From: Nemertoderma westbladi | Lineage: Eukaryota > Animalia > Xenacoelomorpha | Direction: 5' to 3' | Length of the DNA: 64,000 bases | Assembly (NCBI GenBank): GCA_032718475.1 | Contig: JAUCBJ010002615.1 | Span: 1 to 64,000 of the forward strand | Part shown: piece after piece, positions 34,801-49,800 of the stretch | How positions within the stretch are numbered: position 1 is the first letter of the stretch | Layout: each line of letters opens with the position of its first letter | Translations under genes and position numbers: made by a program | Notes under the pieces: model-generated | Told to the model about the DNA's origin: nothing | The model's database searches: none | The model's input: only the letters and a program-made list of their open reading frames with translations

Positions 34801-37800
34801 AGCGATCAGTTTAGGAACATTGTTAATCAGCGACCAGTTTAGGAACATTGTTAATCAGCGATCAGTTTAGGAACATTGTTAATCAGCGACCAGTTTAGGA
34901 ACATTGTTAATCAGCGACCAGTTTAGGAACATTGTTAATCAGCGATCAGTTTAGGAACATTGTTAATCAGCGACCAGTTTAGGAACATTGTTAATCAGCG
35001 ATCAGTTTAGGAACATTGTTAATCAGCGACCAGTTTAGGAACATTGTAAACCAGCGACCAGTTTGGGAACATTGTAAACCAGCGACCAGTTTGGGAACAT
35101 TGTAAACCAGCGACCAGTTTGGGAACATTGTAAACCAGCGACCAGTTTGGGAACATTGTAGGAACTGGCGACCAGTTTGGGAACATTGTTAATCAGCGAC
35201 CAGTTTAGGAACATTGTAAACCAGCGACCAGTTTGGGAACATTGTAAACCAGCGACCAGTTTGGGAACATTGTAAACCAGCGACCAGTTTGGGAACATTG
35301 TAGGAACTGGCGACCAGTTTGGGAACATTGTTAATCAGCGACCAGTTTAGGAACATTGTAAACCAGCGACCAGTTTGGGAACATTGTAAACCAGCGACCA
35401 GTTTGGGAACATTGTAAACCAGCGACCAGTTTGGGAACATTGTAAACCAGCGACCAGTTTGGGAACATTGTAGGAACTGGCGACCAGTTTGGGAACATTG
35501 TTAATCAGCGACCAGTTTAGGAACATTGTAAACCAGCGACCAGTTTGGGAACATTGTAAACCAGCGACCAGTTTGGGAACATTGTAAACCAGCGACCAGT
35601 TTGGGAACATTGTAGGAACTGGCGACCAGTTTGGGAACATTGTTAATCAGCGACCAGTTTAGGAACATTGTTAATCAGCGATCAGTTTAGGAACATTGTA
35701 AACCAGCGACCAGTTTGGGAACATTGTAAACCAGCGACCAGTTTGGGAACATTGTTAATCAGCGACCAGTTTAGGAACATTGTTAATCAGCGATCAGTTT
35801 AGGAACATTGTTAATCAGCGACCAGTTTAGGAACATTGTAAACCAGCGACCAGTTTGGGAACATTGTAAACCAGCGACCAGTTTGGGAACATTGTAAACC
35901 AGCGACCAGTTTGGGAACATTGTAGGAACTGGCGACCAGTTTGGGAACATTGTTAATCAGCGACCAGTTTAGGAACATTGTAAACCAGCGACCAGTTTGG
36001 GAACATTGTAAACCAGCGACCAGTTTGGGAACATTGTAAACCAGCGACCAGTTTGGGAACATTGTAGGAACTGGCGACCAGTTTGGGAACATTGTTAATC
36101 AGCGACCAGTTTAGGAACATTGTAAACCAGCGACCAGTTTGGGAACATTGTAAACCAGCGACCAGTTTGGGAACATTGTAAACCAGCGACCAGTTTGGGA
36201 ACATTGTAAACCAGCGACCAGTTTGGGAACATTGTAGGAACTGGCGACCAGTTTGGGAACATTGTTAATCAGCGACCAGTTTAGGAACATTGTAAACCAG
36301 CGACCAGTTTGGGAACATTGTAAACCAGCGACCAGTTTGGGAACATTGTAAACCAGCGACCAGTTTGGGAACATTGTAAACCAGCGACCAGTTTGGGAAC
36401 ATTGTAGGAACTGGCGACCAGTTTGGGAACATTGTTAATCAGCGACCAGTTTAGGAACATTGTAAACCAGCGACCAGTTTGGGAACATTGTAAACCAGCG
36501 ACCAGTTTGGGAACATTGTTGGAACTGGCGACTAGTTTGGTAACATTGTAAACCAGCCACCAGTTTGGAAACATTGTAAACCAGCCACCAGTTTGGAAAC
36601 ATTGTAAACCAGCCACCAGTTTGGGAACACTGTAAACCAGCGACCAGTTTGGGAACATTGTAAACCAGCGACCAGTTTGGGAACATTGTAAACCAGCGAC
36701 CAGTTTGGGAACATTGTAGGAACTGGCGACCAGTTTGAGAACATTGTAAACCAGCTACCAGTTTGGGAACATTGTAAACCAGCCACCAGTTTGGGAACAT
36801 TGTAAACCAGCGACCAGTTTGGGAACATTGTAAACCAGCGACCAGTTTGGGAACATTGTAAACCAGCGACCAGTTTAGGAACATTGTAAACCATCGACCA
36901 GTTTGGGAATATTGTAAACCAGTGACCAGTTTGGGAACATTGTAAACCAGCCACCAGTTTGAGAACATTGTAAACCAGCCACCAGTTTGGAAACATTCTA
37001 AACCAGCCACCAGTTTGGGAACATTGTAAACCAGCGACCAGTTTGGGAACATTGTAAACCAGCCACCAGTTTGGGAACATTGTAAACCAGCAACCAGTTT
37101 GGGAACATTGTAAACCAGCGACCAGTTTGGGAACATTGTAAACCAGCGACCAGTTTGGGAACATTGTAGGAACTGGCGACCAGTTTGGGAACATTGTAAA
37201 CCAGCCACCAGTTTGGGAACATTGTGAACCAGCCACCAGTTTGGGAACATTGTAAACCAACGACCAGTTTGGGAACATTGTAAACCAGCGACCAGTTTGG
37301 GAACATTGTAAACCTGCGACCAGTTTGGGAACATTGTAAACCAGCGACCAGTTTGGGAACATTGTAGGAACTGGCGACCAGTTTGGGAACATTGTTAATC
37401 AGCGACCAGTTTAGGAACATTGTAAACCAGCGACCAGTTTGGGAACATTGTAAACCAGCGACCAGTTTGGGAACATTGTAAACCAGCGACCAGTTTGGGA
37501 ACATTGTAAACCAGCGACCAGTTTGGGAACATTGTAGGAACTGGCGACCAGTTTGGGAACATTGTTAATCAGCGACCAGTTTAGGAACATTGTAAACCAG
37601 CGACCAGTTTGGGAACATTGTAAACCAGCGACCAGTTTGGGAACATTGTAAACCAGCGACCAGTTTGGGAACATTGTAAACCAGCGACCAGTTTGGGAAC
37701 ATTGTAGGAACTGGCGACCAGTTTGGGAACATTGTTAATCAGCGACCAGTTTAGGAACATTGTAAACCAGCGACCAGTTTGGGAACATTGTAAACCAGCG

Positions 37801-40800
37801 ACCAGTTTGGGAACATTGTTGGAACTGGCGACTAGTTTGGGAACATTGTAAACCAGCCACCAGTTTGGAAACATTGTAAACCAGCCACCAGTTTGGAAAC
37901 ATTGTAAACAAGCCACCAGTTTGGGAACACTGTAAACCAGCGACCAGTTTGGGAACATTGTAAACCAGCGACCAGTTAGGGAACATTGTAAACCAGCGAC
38001 CAGTTTGGGAACATTGTAGGAACTGGCGACCAGTTTGGGAACATTGTAAACCAGCTACCAGTTTGGGAACATTGTAAACCAGCCACCAGTTTGGGAACAT
38101 TGTAAACCAGCGACCAGTTTGGGAACATTGTAAACCAGCGACCAGTTTGGGAACATTGTAAACCAGCGACCAGTTTAGGAACATTGTAAACCATCGACCA
38201 GTTTGGGAATATTGTAAACCAGTGACCAGTTTGGGAACATTGTAAACCAGCCACCAGTTTGAGAACATTGTAAACCAGCCACCAGTTTGGAAACATTCTA
38301 AACCAGCCACCAGTTTGGGAACATTGTAAACCAGCGACCAGTTTGGGAACATTGTAAACCAGCCACCAGTTTGGGAATATTGTAAACCAGCGACCAGTTT
38401 GGGAACATTGTAAACCAGCGACCAGTTTGGGAACATTGTAAACCAGCGACCAGTTTGGGAACATTGTAGGAACTGGCGACCAGTTTGGGAACATTGTAAA
38501 CCAGCCACCAGTTTGGGAACATTGTAAACCAGCCACCAGTTTGGGAACATTGTAAACCAACGACCAGTTTGGGAACATTGTAAACCAGCGACCAGTTTGG
38601 GAACATTGTAAACCAGCGACCAGTTTGGGAACATTGTAAACCAGCGACCAGTTTGGGAACATTGTAAACCATCGACCAGTTTGGGAATATTGTAAACCAG
38701 TGAGCAGTTTGGGAACATTGTAAACCAGCCACCAGTTTGGGAACATTGTAAACCAGCGACCAGTTTGGGAACATTGTAAACCAGCGACCAGTTTGGGAAC
38801 ATTGTAAACCAGCGACCAGTTTGGGAACATTGTAGGAACTGGCGACCAGTTTGGGAACATTGTTAATCAGCGACCAGTTTAGGAACATTGTAAACCAGCG
38901 ACCAGTTTGGGAACATTGTAAACCAGCGACCAGTTTGGGAACATTGTTGGAACTGGCTACTAGTTTGGTAACATTGTAAACCAGCCACCAGTTTGGAAAC
39001 ATTGTAAACCAGCCACCAGTTTGGAAACATTGTAAACCAGCCACCAGTTTGGGAACACTGTAAACCAGCGACCAGTTTGGGAACATTGTAAACCAGCGAC
39101 CAGTTTGGGAACATTGTAAACCAGCGACCAGTTTGGGAACATTGTAGGAACTGGCGACCAGTTTGAGAACATTGTAAACCAGCTACCAGTTTGGGAACAT
39201 TGTAAACCAGCCACCAGTTTGGGAACATTGTAAACCAGCGACCAGTTTGGGAACATTGTAAACCAGCGACCAGTTTGGGAACATTGTAAACCAGCGACCA
39301 GTTTAGGAACATTGTAAACCATCGACCAGTTTGGGAATATTGTAAACCAGTGACCAGTTTGGGAACATTGTAAACCAGCCACCAGTTTGAGAACATTGTA
39401 AACCAGCCACCAGTTTGGAAACATTCTAAACCAGCCACCAGTTTGGGAACATTGTAAACCAGCGACCAGTTTGGGAACATTGTAAACCAGCCACCAGTTT
39501 GGGAACATTGTAAACCAGCAACCAGTTTGGGAACATTGTAAACCAGCGACCAGTTTGGGAACATTGTAAACCAGCGACCAGTTTGGGAACATTGTAGGAA
39601 CTGGCGACCAGTTTGGGAACATTGTAAACCAGCCACCAGTTTGGGAACATTGTGAACCAGCCACCAGTTTGGGAACATTGTAAACCAACGACCAGTTTGG
39701 GAACATTGTAAACCAGCGACCAGTTTGGGAACATTGTAAACCTGCGACCAGTTTGGGAACATTGTAAACCAGCGACCAGTTTGGGAACATTGTAGGAACT
39801 GGCGACCAGTTTGGGAACATTGTTAATCAGCGACCAGTTTAGGAACATTGTAAACCAGCGACCAGTTTGGGAACATTGTAAACCAGCGACCAGTTTGGGA
39901 ACATTGTAAACCAGCGACCAGTTTGGGAACATTGTAAACCAGCGACCAGTTTGGGAACATTGTAGGAACTGGCGACCAGTTTGGGAACATTGTTAATCAG
40001 CGACCAGTTTAGGAACATTGTAAACCAGCGACCAGTTTGGGAACATTGTAAACCAGCGACCAGTTTGGGAACATTGTAAACCAGCGACCAGTTTGGGAAC
40101 ATTGTAAACCAGCGACCAGTTTGGGAACATTGTAGGAACTGGCGACCAGTTTGGGAACATTGTTAATCAGCGACCAGTTTAGGAACATTGTAAACCAGCG
40201 ACCAGTTTGGGAACATTGTAAACCAGCGACCAGTTTGGGAACATTGTTGGAACTGGCGACTAGTTTGGGAACATTGTAAACCAGCCACCAGTTTGGAAAC
40301 ATTGTAAACCAGCCACCAGTTTGGAAACATTGTAAACAAGCCACCAGTTTGGGAACACTGTAAACCAGCGACCAGTTTGGGAACATTGTAAACCAGCGAC
40401 CAGTTAGGGAACATTGTAAACCAGCGACCAGTTTGGGAACATTGTAGGAACTGGCGACCAGTTTGGGAACATTGTAAACCAGCTACCAGTTTGGGAACAT
40501 TGTAAACCAGCCACCAGTTTGGGAACATTGTAAACCAGCGACCAGTTTGGGAACATTGTAAACCAGCGACCAGTTTGGGAACATTGTAAACCAGCGACCA
40601 GTTTAGGAACATTGTAAACCATCGACCAGTTTGGGAATATTGTAAACCAGTGACCAGTTTGGGAACATTGTAAACCAGCCACCAGTTTGAGAACATTGTA
40701 AACCAGCCACCAGTTTGGAAACATTCTAAACCAGCCACCAGTTTGGGAACATTGTAAACCAGCGACCAGTTTGGGAACATTGTAAACCAGCCACCAGTTT

Positions 40801-43800
40801 GGGAATATTGTAAACCAGCGACCAGTTTGGGAACATTGTAAACCAGCGACCAGTTTGGGAACATTGTAAACCAGCGACCAGTTTGGGAACATTGTAGGAA
40901 CTGGCGACCAGTTTGGGAACATTGTAAACCAGCCACCAGTTTGGGAACATTGTAAACCAGCCACCAGTTTGGGAACATTGTAAACCAACGACCAGTTTGG
41001 GAACATTGTAAACCAGCGACCAGTTTGGGTACATTGTAAACCAGCGACCAGTTTGGGAACATTGTAAACCAGCGACCAGTTTGGGAACATTGTAAACCAT
41101 CGACCAGTTTGGGAATATTGTAAACCAGTGAGCAGTTTGGGAACATTGTAAACCAGCCACCAGTTTGGGAACATTGTAAACCAGCCACCAGTTTGGGAAC
41201 ATTGTAAACCAGCGACCAGTTTCGGAACATTGTAAACCAGCGACCAGTTTGGGAACATTGTAAACTATCGGCCAGTTTGGGAACATTGTAAACCAGCGAC
41301 CAGTTTGGGAAAATTGTAAACCAGCCACCAGTTTGGGAACATTGTAAACCAGCCACCAATTTGGGAACATTGTAAACCAGCGACCAGTTTGGGAACATTG
41401 TAAACCAGCGACCAGTTTGGGAACATTGTAAACTAGAGACCAGTTTGGGAACATTGTAAACCAGCGACCAGTTTGGGATCATTGCAAACCAGCGACTAGT
41501 TTGGGATCATTGTAAACCGGCGACCAGTTTTGGAACATTGTAAACCAGCGACCAGTTTGGGAACATTGTAAACCAGCGACCAGTTTGGGAACATTGTAAA
41601 CCATCGACCAGTTTGGGAATATTGTAAACCAGTGAGCAGTTTGGGAACATTGTAAACCAGCCACCAGTTTGGGAACATTGTAAACCAGCCACCAGTTTGG
41701 GAACATTGTAAACCAGCGACCAGTTTGGGAACATTGTAAACCAGCGACCAGTTTGGGAACATTGTAAACCATCGGCCAGTTTGGGAACATTGTAAACCAG
41801 CGACCAGTTTGGGAAAATTGTAAACCAGCCACCAGTTTGGGAACATTGTAAACCAGCCACCAGTTTGGGATCATTGCAAACCAGCGACTAGTTTGGGATC
41901 ATTGTAAACCGGCGACCAGTTTTGGAACATTGTAAACCAGCGACCAGTTTGGGAACATTGTAAACCAGCGACCAGTTTGGGAACATTGTAAACCATCGAC
42001 CAGTTTGGGAATATTGTAAACCAGTGAGCAGTTTGGGAACATTGTAAACCAGCCACCAGTTTGGGAACATTGTAAACCAGCCACCAGTTTGGGAACATTG
42101 TAAACCAGCGACCAGTTTGGGAACATTGTAAACCAGCGACCAGTTTGGGAACATTGTAAACCATGGGCCAGTTTGGGAACATTGTAAACCAGCGACCAGT
42201 TTGGGAAAATTGTAAACCAGCCACCAGTTTGGGAACATTGTAAACCAGCCACCAATTTGGGAACATTGTAAACCAGCGACCAGTTTGGGAACATTGTAAA
42301 CCAGCGACCAGTTTGGGAACATTGTAAACTAGAGACCAGTTTGGGAACATTGTAAACCAGCGACCAGTTTGGGATCATTGTAAACCGGCGACCAGTTTTG
42401 GAACATTGTAAACCAGCGACCAGTTTGGGAACATTGTAAACCAGCAACCAGTTTGGGAATATTGTAAACCAGTGACCAGTTTGGGAACATTGTAAACCAG
42501 CGACTAGTTTGGGATCATTGTAAACCGGTGACCAGTTTGGGAACATTGTAGGACTAACTAGCGACCAGTTTAGGAACATTGTAAACCAGTGACCAGTTTG
42601 GGAACATTGTAGGAACTGGCGACTAGTTTGGGAACATTGTAAACCAGCGACCAGTTTGGGAACATTGTAAACCAGCGACCAGTTTGGGAATATTGTAAAC
42701 CAGTGACCAGTTTGGGAACATTGTAAACCAGCGACCAGTTTGGGAATATTGTAAACCAGTGACCAGTTTGGGAATATTGTAAACCAGTGACCAGTTTGGG
42801 AACATTGTAAACCAGCGACCAGTTTGGGATCATTGTAAACCGGCGACCAGTTTGGGAACATTGTAAACCAGCGACCAGTTTGGGAACATTGTAAACCAGC
42901 GACCAGTTTGGGAACATTGTAAAACAGCGACTAGTTTGGGATCATTGTAAACCGGCGACCAGTTTGGGAACATTGTAAACCAGCCACCAATTTGGGAACA
43001 TTGTAAACCAGCGACCAGTTTGGGAACATTGTAAACCAGCGACCAGTTTGGGAATATTGTAAACCAGCGACCAGTTTGGGAACATTGTAAACCAGCGACC
43101 AGTTTGGGAATATTGTAAACCAGTGACCAGTTTTGGAACATTGTAAACCAGCGACCAGTTTGGGAATATTGTAAACCAGCGACCAGTTTGGGAACATTGT
43201 AAACCAGCGACCAGTTTGGGAATATTGTAAACCAGTGACCAGTTTTGGAACATTGTAAACCAGCGACTAGTTTGGGATCATTGTAAACCGGCGACCAGTT
43301 TGGGAACATTGTAAACCAGCGACCAGTTTGGGAATATTGCAAACCAGTGACCAGTTTGGGAACATTGTAAACCAGCGACCAGTTTGGGAATATTGCAAAC
43401 CAGTGACCAGTTTGGGAACATTGTAAACCAGCGACTAGTTTGGGATCATTGTAAACCAGCGACTAGTTTGGGATCATTGTAAACCAGCCACCAATTTGGG
43501 AACATTGTAAACCAGCGACCAGTTTGGGAACATTGTAAACCAGCCACCAATTTGGGAACATTGTAAACCAGCGACCAGTTTGGGAACATTGTAAACCAGC
43601 CACCAATTTGGGAACATTGTAAACCAGCGACCAGTTTGGGAACATTGTAAACCAGCGACCAGTTTGGGAACATTGTAAACCGGCGACCAGTTTGGAAACA
43701 TTGTAAACCAGCGACCAGTTTGGGAACATTGTAAACCAGCGACCAGTTTGGGAACATTGTAAAACAGCGACTAGTTTGGGATCATTGTAAACCGGCGACC

Positions 43801-46800
43801 AGTTTGGGAACATTGTAAACCAGCGACCAGTTTGGGAACATTGTAAACCAGCGACCAGTTTGGGAACATTGTAAACCATCGACCAGTTTGGGAATATTGT
43901 AAACCAGTGAGCAGTTTGGGAACATTGTAAACCAGCCACCAGTTTGGGAACATTGTAAACCAGCCACCAGTTTGGGAACATTGTAAACCAGCGACCAGTT
44001 TGGGAACATTGTAAACCAGCGACCAGTTTGGGAACATTGTAAACCATCGGCCAGTTTGGGAACATTGTAAACCAGCGACCAGTTTGGGAAAATTGTAAAC
44101 CAGCCACCAGTTTGGGAACATTGTAAACCAGCCACCAGTTTGGGATCATTGCAAACCAGCGACTAGTTTGGGATCATTGTAAACCGGCGACCAGTTTTGG
44201 AACATTGTAAACCAGCGACCAGTTTGGGAACATTGTAAACCAGCGACCAGTTTGGGAACATTGTAAACCATCGACCAGTTTGGGAATATTGTAAACCAGT
44301 GAGCAGTTTGGGAACATTGTAAACCAGCCACCAGTTTGGGAACATTGTAAACCAGCCACCAGTTTGGGAACATTGTAAACCAGCGACCAGTTTGGGAACA
44401 TTGTAAACCAGCGACCAGTTTGGGAACATTGTAAACCATGGGCCAGTTTGGGAACATTGTAAACCAGCGACCAGTTTGGGAAAATTGTAAACCAGCCACC
44501 AGTTTGGGAACATTGTAAACCAGCCACCAATTTGGGAACATTGTAAACCAGCGACCAGTTTGGGAACATTGTAAACCAGCGACCAGTTTGGGAACATTGT
44601 AAACTAGAGACCAGTTTGGGAACATTGTAAACCAGCGACCAGTTTGGGATCATTGTAAACCGGCGACCAGTTTTGGAACATTGTAAACCAGCGACCAGTT
44701 TGGGAACATTGTAAACCAGCAACCAGTTTGGGAATATTGTAAACCAGTGACCAGTTTGGGAACATTGTAAACCAGCGACTAGTTTGGGATCATTGTAAAC
44801 CGGTGACCAGTTTGGGAACATTGTAGGACTAACTAGCGACCAGTTTAGGAACATTGTAAACCAGTGACCAGTTTGGGAACATTGTAGGAACTGGCGACTA
44901 GTTTGGGAACATTGTAAACCACCGACCAGTTTGGGAACATTGTAAACCAGCGACCAGTTTGGGAATATTGTAAACCAGTGACCAGTTTGGGAACATTGTA
45001 AACCAGCGACCAGTTTGGGAATATTGTAAACCAGTGACCAGTTTGGGAATATTGTAAACCAGTGACCAGTTTGGGAACATTGTAAACCAGCGACCAGTTT
45101 GGGATCATTGTAAACCGGCGACCAGTTTGGGAACATTGTAAACCAGCGACCAGTTTGGGAACATTGTAAACCAGCGACCAGTTTGGGAACATTGTAAAAC
45201 AGCGACTAGTTTGGGATCATTGTAAACCGGCGACCAGTTTGGGAACATTGTAAACCAGCCACCAATTTGGGAACATTGTAAACCAGCGACCAGTTTGGGA
45301 ACATTGTAAACCAGCGACCAGTTTGGGAATATTGTAAACCAGCGACCAGTTTGGGAACATTGTAAACCAGCGACCAGTTTGGGAATATTGTAAACCAGTG
45401 ACCAGTTTTGGAACATTGTAAACCAGCGACCAGTTTGGGAATATTGTAAACCAGCGACCAGTTTGGGAACATTGTAAACCAGCGACCAGTTTGGGAATAT
45501 TGTAAACCAGTGACCAGTTTTGGAACATTGTAAACCAGCGACTAGTTTGGGATCATTGTAAACCGGCGACCAGTTTGGGAACATTGTAAACCAGCGACCA
45601 GTTTGGGAATATTGCAAACCAGTGACCAGTTTGGGAACATTGTAAACCAGCGACCAGTTTGGGAATATTGCAAACCAGTGACCAGTTTGGGAACATTGTA
45701 AACCAGCGACTAGTTTGGGATCATTGTAAACCAGCGACTAGTTTGGGATCATTGTAAACCAGCCACCAATTTGGGAACATTGTAAACCAGCGACCAGTTT
45801 GGGAACATTGTAAACCAGCCACCAATTTGGGAACATTGTAAACCAGCGACCAGTTTGGGAACATTGTAAACCAGCCACCAATTTGGGAACATTGTAAACC
45901 AGCGACCAGTTTGGGAACATTGTAAACCAGCGACCAGTTTGGGAACATTGTAAACCGGCGACCAGTTTGGAAACATTGTAAACCAGAGACCAGTTTGGGA
46001 ACATTGTAAACCGGCGACCAGTTTGGGAACATTGTAAACCAGCGACCAGTTTGGGAACATTGTAAACTAGAGACCAGTTTGGGATCATTGTAAACCGGCG
46101 ACCAGTTTGGGAACATTGTAAACCAGCCACCAATTTGGGAACATTGTAAACCAGCGACCAGTTTGGGAACATTGTAAACCAGCCACCAATTTGGGAACAT
46201 TGTAAACCAGCGACCAGTTTGGGAACATTGTAAACCAGCGACCAGTTTGGGAACATTGTAAACTAGAGACCAGTTTGGGAACATTGTAAACCAGCGACCA
46301 GTTTGGGATCATTGCAAACCAGCGACTAGTTTGGGATCATTGTAAACCGGCGACCAGTTTGGGAACATTGTAAACCAGCGACTAGTTTGGGATCATTGTA
46401 AACCGGCGACCAGTTTTGGAACATTGTAAACCAGCGACCAGTTTGGGAATATTGTAAACCAGCGACCAGTTTGGGAACATTGTAAACCATCGGCCAGTTT
46501 GGGAACATTGTAAACCAGCGACCAGTTTGGGAAAATTGTAAACGAGCCACCAGTTTGGGAACATTGTAAACCAGCCACCAATTTGGGAACATTGTAAACC
46601 AGCGACCAGTTTGGGAACATTGTAAACCAGCGACCAGTTTGGGAACATTGTAAACTAGAGACCAGTTTGGGAACATTGTAAACCAGCGACCAGTTTGGGA
46701 TCATTGCAAACCAGCGACTAGTTTGGGATCATTGTAAACCGGCGACCAGTTTTGGAACATTGTAAACCAGCGACCAGTTTGGGAACATTGTAAACCAGCG

Positions 46801-49800
46801 ACCAGTTTGGGAACATTGTAAACCATCGACCAGTTTGGGAATATTGTAAACCAGTGAGCAGTTTGGGAACATTGTAAACCAGCCACCAGTTTGGGAACAT
46901 TGTAAACCAGCCACCAGTTTGGGAACATTGTAAACCAGCGACCAGTTTGGGAACATTGTAAACCAGCGACCAGTTTGGGAACATTGTAAACCATGGGCCA
47001 GTTTGGGAACATTGTAAACCAGCGACCAGTTTGGGAAAATTGTAAACCAGCCACCAGTTTGGGAACATTGTAAACCAGCCACCAATTTGGGAACATTGTA
47101 AACCAGCGACCAGTTTGGGAACATAGTAAACCAGCGACCAGTTTGGGAACATTGTAAACTAGAGACCAGTTTGGGAACATTGTAAACCAGCGACCAGTTT
47201 GGGATCATTGTAAACCGGCGACCAGTTTTGGAACATTGTAAACCAGCGACCAGTTTGGGAACATTGTAAACCAGCGACCAGTTTGGGAATATTGTAAACC
47301 AGTGACCAGTTTGGGAACATTGTAAACCAGCGACTAGTTTGGGAATATTATAAACCGGCGACCAGTTTGGGAACATTGTAAACCGGCGACCAGTTTGGGA
47401 ACATTGTAAACCAGCGACCAGTTTGGGAATATTGTAGGAACTGGCGACCAGTTTGGGAACATTGTAAACCAGCCACCAGTTTGGGAACATTGTGAACCAG
47501 CCACCAGTTTGGGAACATTGTAAACCAACGACCAGTTTGGGAACATTGTAAACCAGCGACCAGTTTGGGAACATTGTAAACCTGCGACCAGTTTGGGAAC
47601 ATTGTAAACCAGCGACCAGTTTGGGAACATTGTAGGAACTGGCGACCAGTTTGGGAACATTGTTAATCAGCGACCAGTTTAGGAACATTGTAAACCAGCG
47701 ACCAGTTTGGGAACATTGTAAACCAGCGACCAGTTTGGGAACATTGTAAACCAGCGACCAGTTTGGGAACATTGTAAACCAGCGACCAGTTTGGGAACAT
47801 TGTAGGAACTGGCGACCAGTTTGGGAACATTGTTAATCAGCGACCAGTTTAGGAACATTGTAAACCAGCGACCAGTTTGGGAACATTGTAAACCAGCGAC
47901 CAGTTTGGGAACATTGTAAACCAGCGACCAGTTTGGGAACATTGTAAACCAGCGACCAGTTTGGGAACATTGTAGGAACTGGCGACCAGTTTGGGAACAT
48001 TGTTAATCAGCGACCAGTTTAGGAACATTGTAAACCAGCGACCAGTTTGGGAACATTGTAAACCAGCGACCAGTTTGGGAACATTGTTGGAACTGGCGAC
48101 TAGTTTGGGAACATTGTAAACCAGCCACCAGTTTGGAAACATTGTAAACCAGCCACCAGTTTGGAAACATTGTAAACAAGCCACCAGTTTGGGAACACTG
48201 TAAACCAGCGACCAGTTTGGGAACATTGTAAACCAGCGACCAGTTAGGGAACATTGTAAACCAGCGACCAGTTTGGGAACATTGTAGGAACTGGCGACCA
48301 GTTTGGGAACATTGTAAACCAGCTACCAGTTTGGGAACATTGTAAACCAGCCACCAGTTTGGGAACATTGTAAACCAGCGACCAGTTTGGGAACATTGTA
48401 AACCAGCGACCAGTTTGGGAACATTGTAAACCAGCGACCAGTTTAGGAACATTGTAAACCATCGACCTAAGAAGGGATCTAGGGGTCTTAGTACAAACAG
48501 TATAATAACAAACACCTCGAAAAATACAGCTTGCCAACACATTGTTACTATCAATAATCAAACCATCGACCAGTTTGGGAATATTGTAAACCAGTGACCA
48601 GTTTGGGAACATTGTAAACCAGCCACCAGTTTGAGAACATTGTAAACCAGCCACCAGTTTGGAAACATTCTAAACCAGCCACCAGTTTGGGAACATTGTA
48701 AACCAGCGACCAGTTTGGGAACATTGTAAACCAGCCACCAGTTTGGGAATATTGTAAACCAGCGACCAGTTTGGGAACATTGTAAACCAGCGACCAGTTT
48801 GGGAACATTGTAAACCAGCGACCAGTTTGGGAACATTGTAGGAACTGGCGACCAGTTTGGGAACATTGTAAACCAGCCACCAGTTTGGGAACATTGTAAA
48901 CCAGCCACCAGTTTGGGAACATTGTAAACCAACGACCAGTTTGGGAACATTGTAAACCAGCGACCAGTTTGGGAACATTGTAAACCAGCGACCAGTTTGG
49001 GAACATTGTAAACCAGCGACCAGTTTGGGAACATTGTAAACCATCGACCAGTTTGGGAATATTGTAAACCAGTGAGCAGTTTGGGAACATTGTAAACCAG
49101 CCACCAGTTTGGGAACATTGTAAACCAGCCACCAGTTTGGGAACATTGTAAACCAGCGACCAGTTTGGGAACATTGTAAACCAGCGACCAGTTTGGGAAC
49201 ATTGTAAACTATCGGCCAGTTTGGGAACATTGTAAACCAGCGACCAGTTTGGGAAAATTGTAAACCAGCCACCAGTTTGGGAACATTGTAAACCAGCCAC
49301 CAATTTGGGAACATTGTAAACCAGCGACCAGTTTGGGAACATTGTAAACCAGCGACCAGTTTGGGAACATTGTAAACTAGAGACCAGTTTGGGAACATTG
49401 TAAACCAGCGACCAGTTTGGGATCATTGCAAACCAGCGACTAGTTTGGGATCATTGTAAACCGGCGACCAGTTTTGGAACATTGTAAACCAGCGACCAGT
49501 TTGGGAACATTGTAAACCAGCGACCAGTTTGGGAACATTGTAAACCATCGACCAGTTTGGGAATATTGTAAACCAGTGAGCAGTTTGGGAACATTGTAAA
49601 CCAGCCACCAGTTTGGGAACATTGTAAACCAGCCACCAGTTTGGGAACATTGTAAACCAGCGACCAGTTTGGGAACATTGTAAACCAGCGACCAGTTTGA
49701 GAACATTGTAAACCATCGGCCAGTTTGGGAACATTGTAAACCAGCGACCAGTTTGGGAAAATTGTAAACCAGCCACCAGTTTGGGAACATTGTAAACCAG

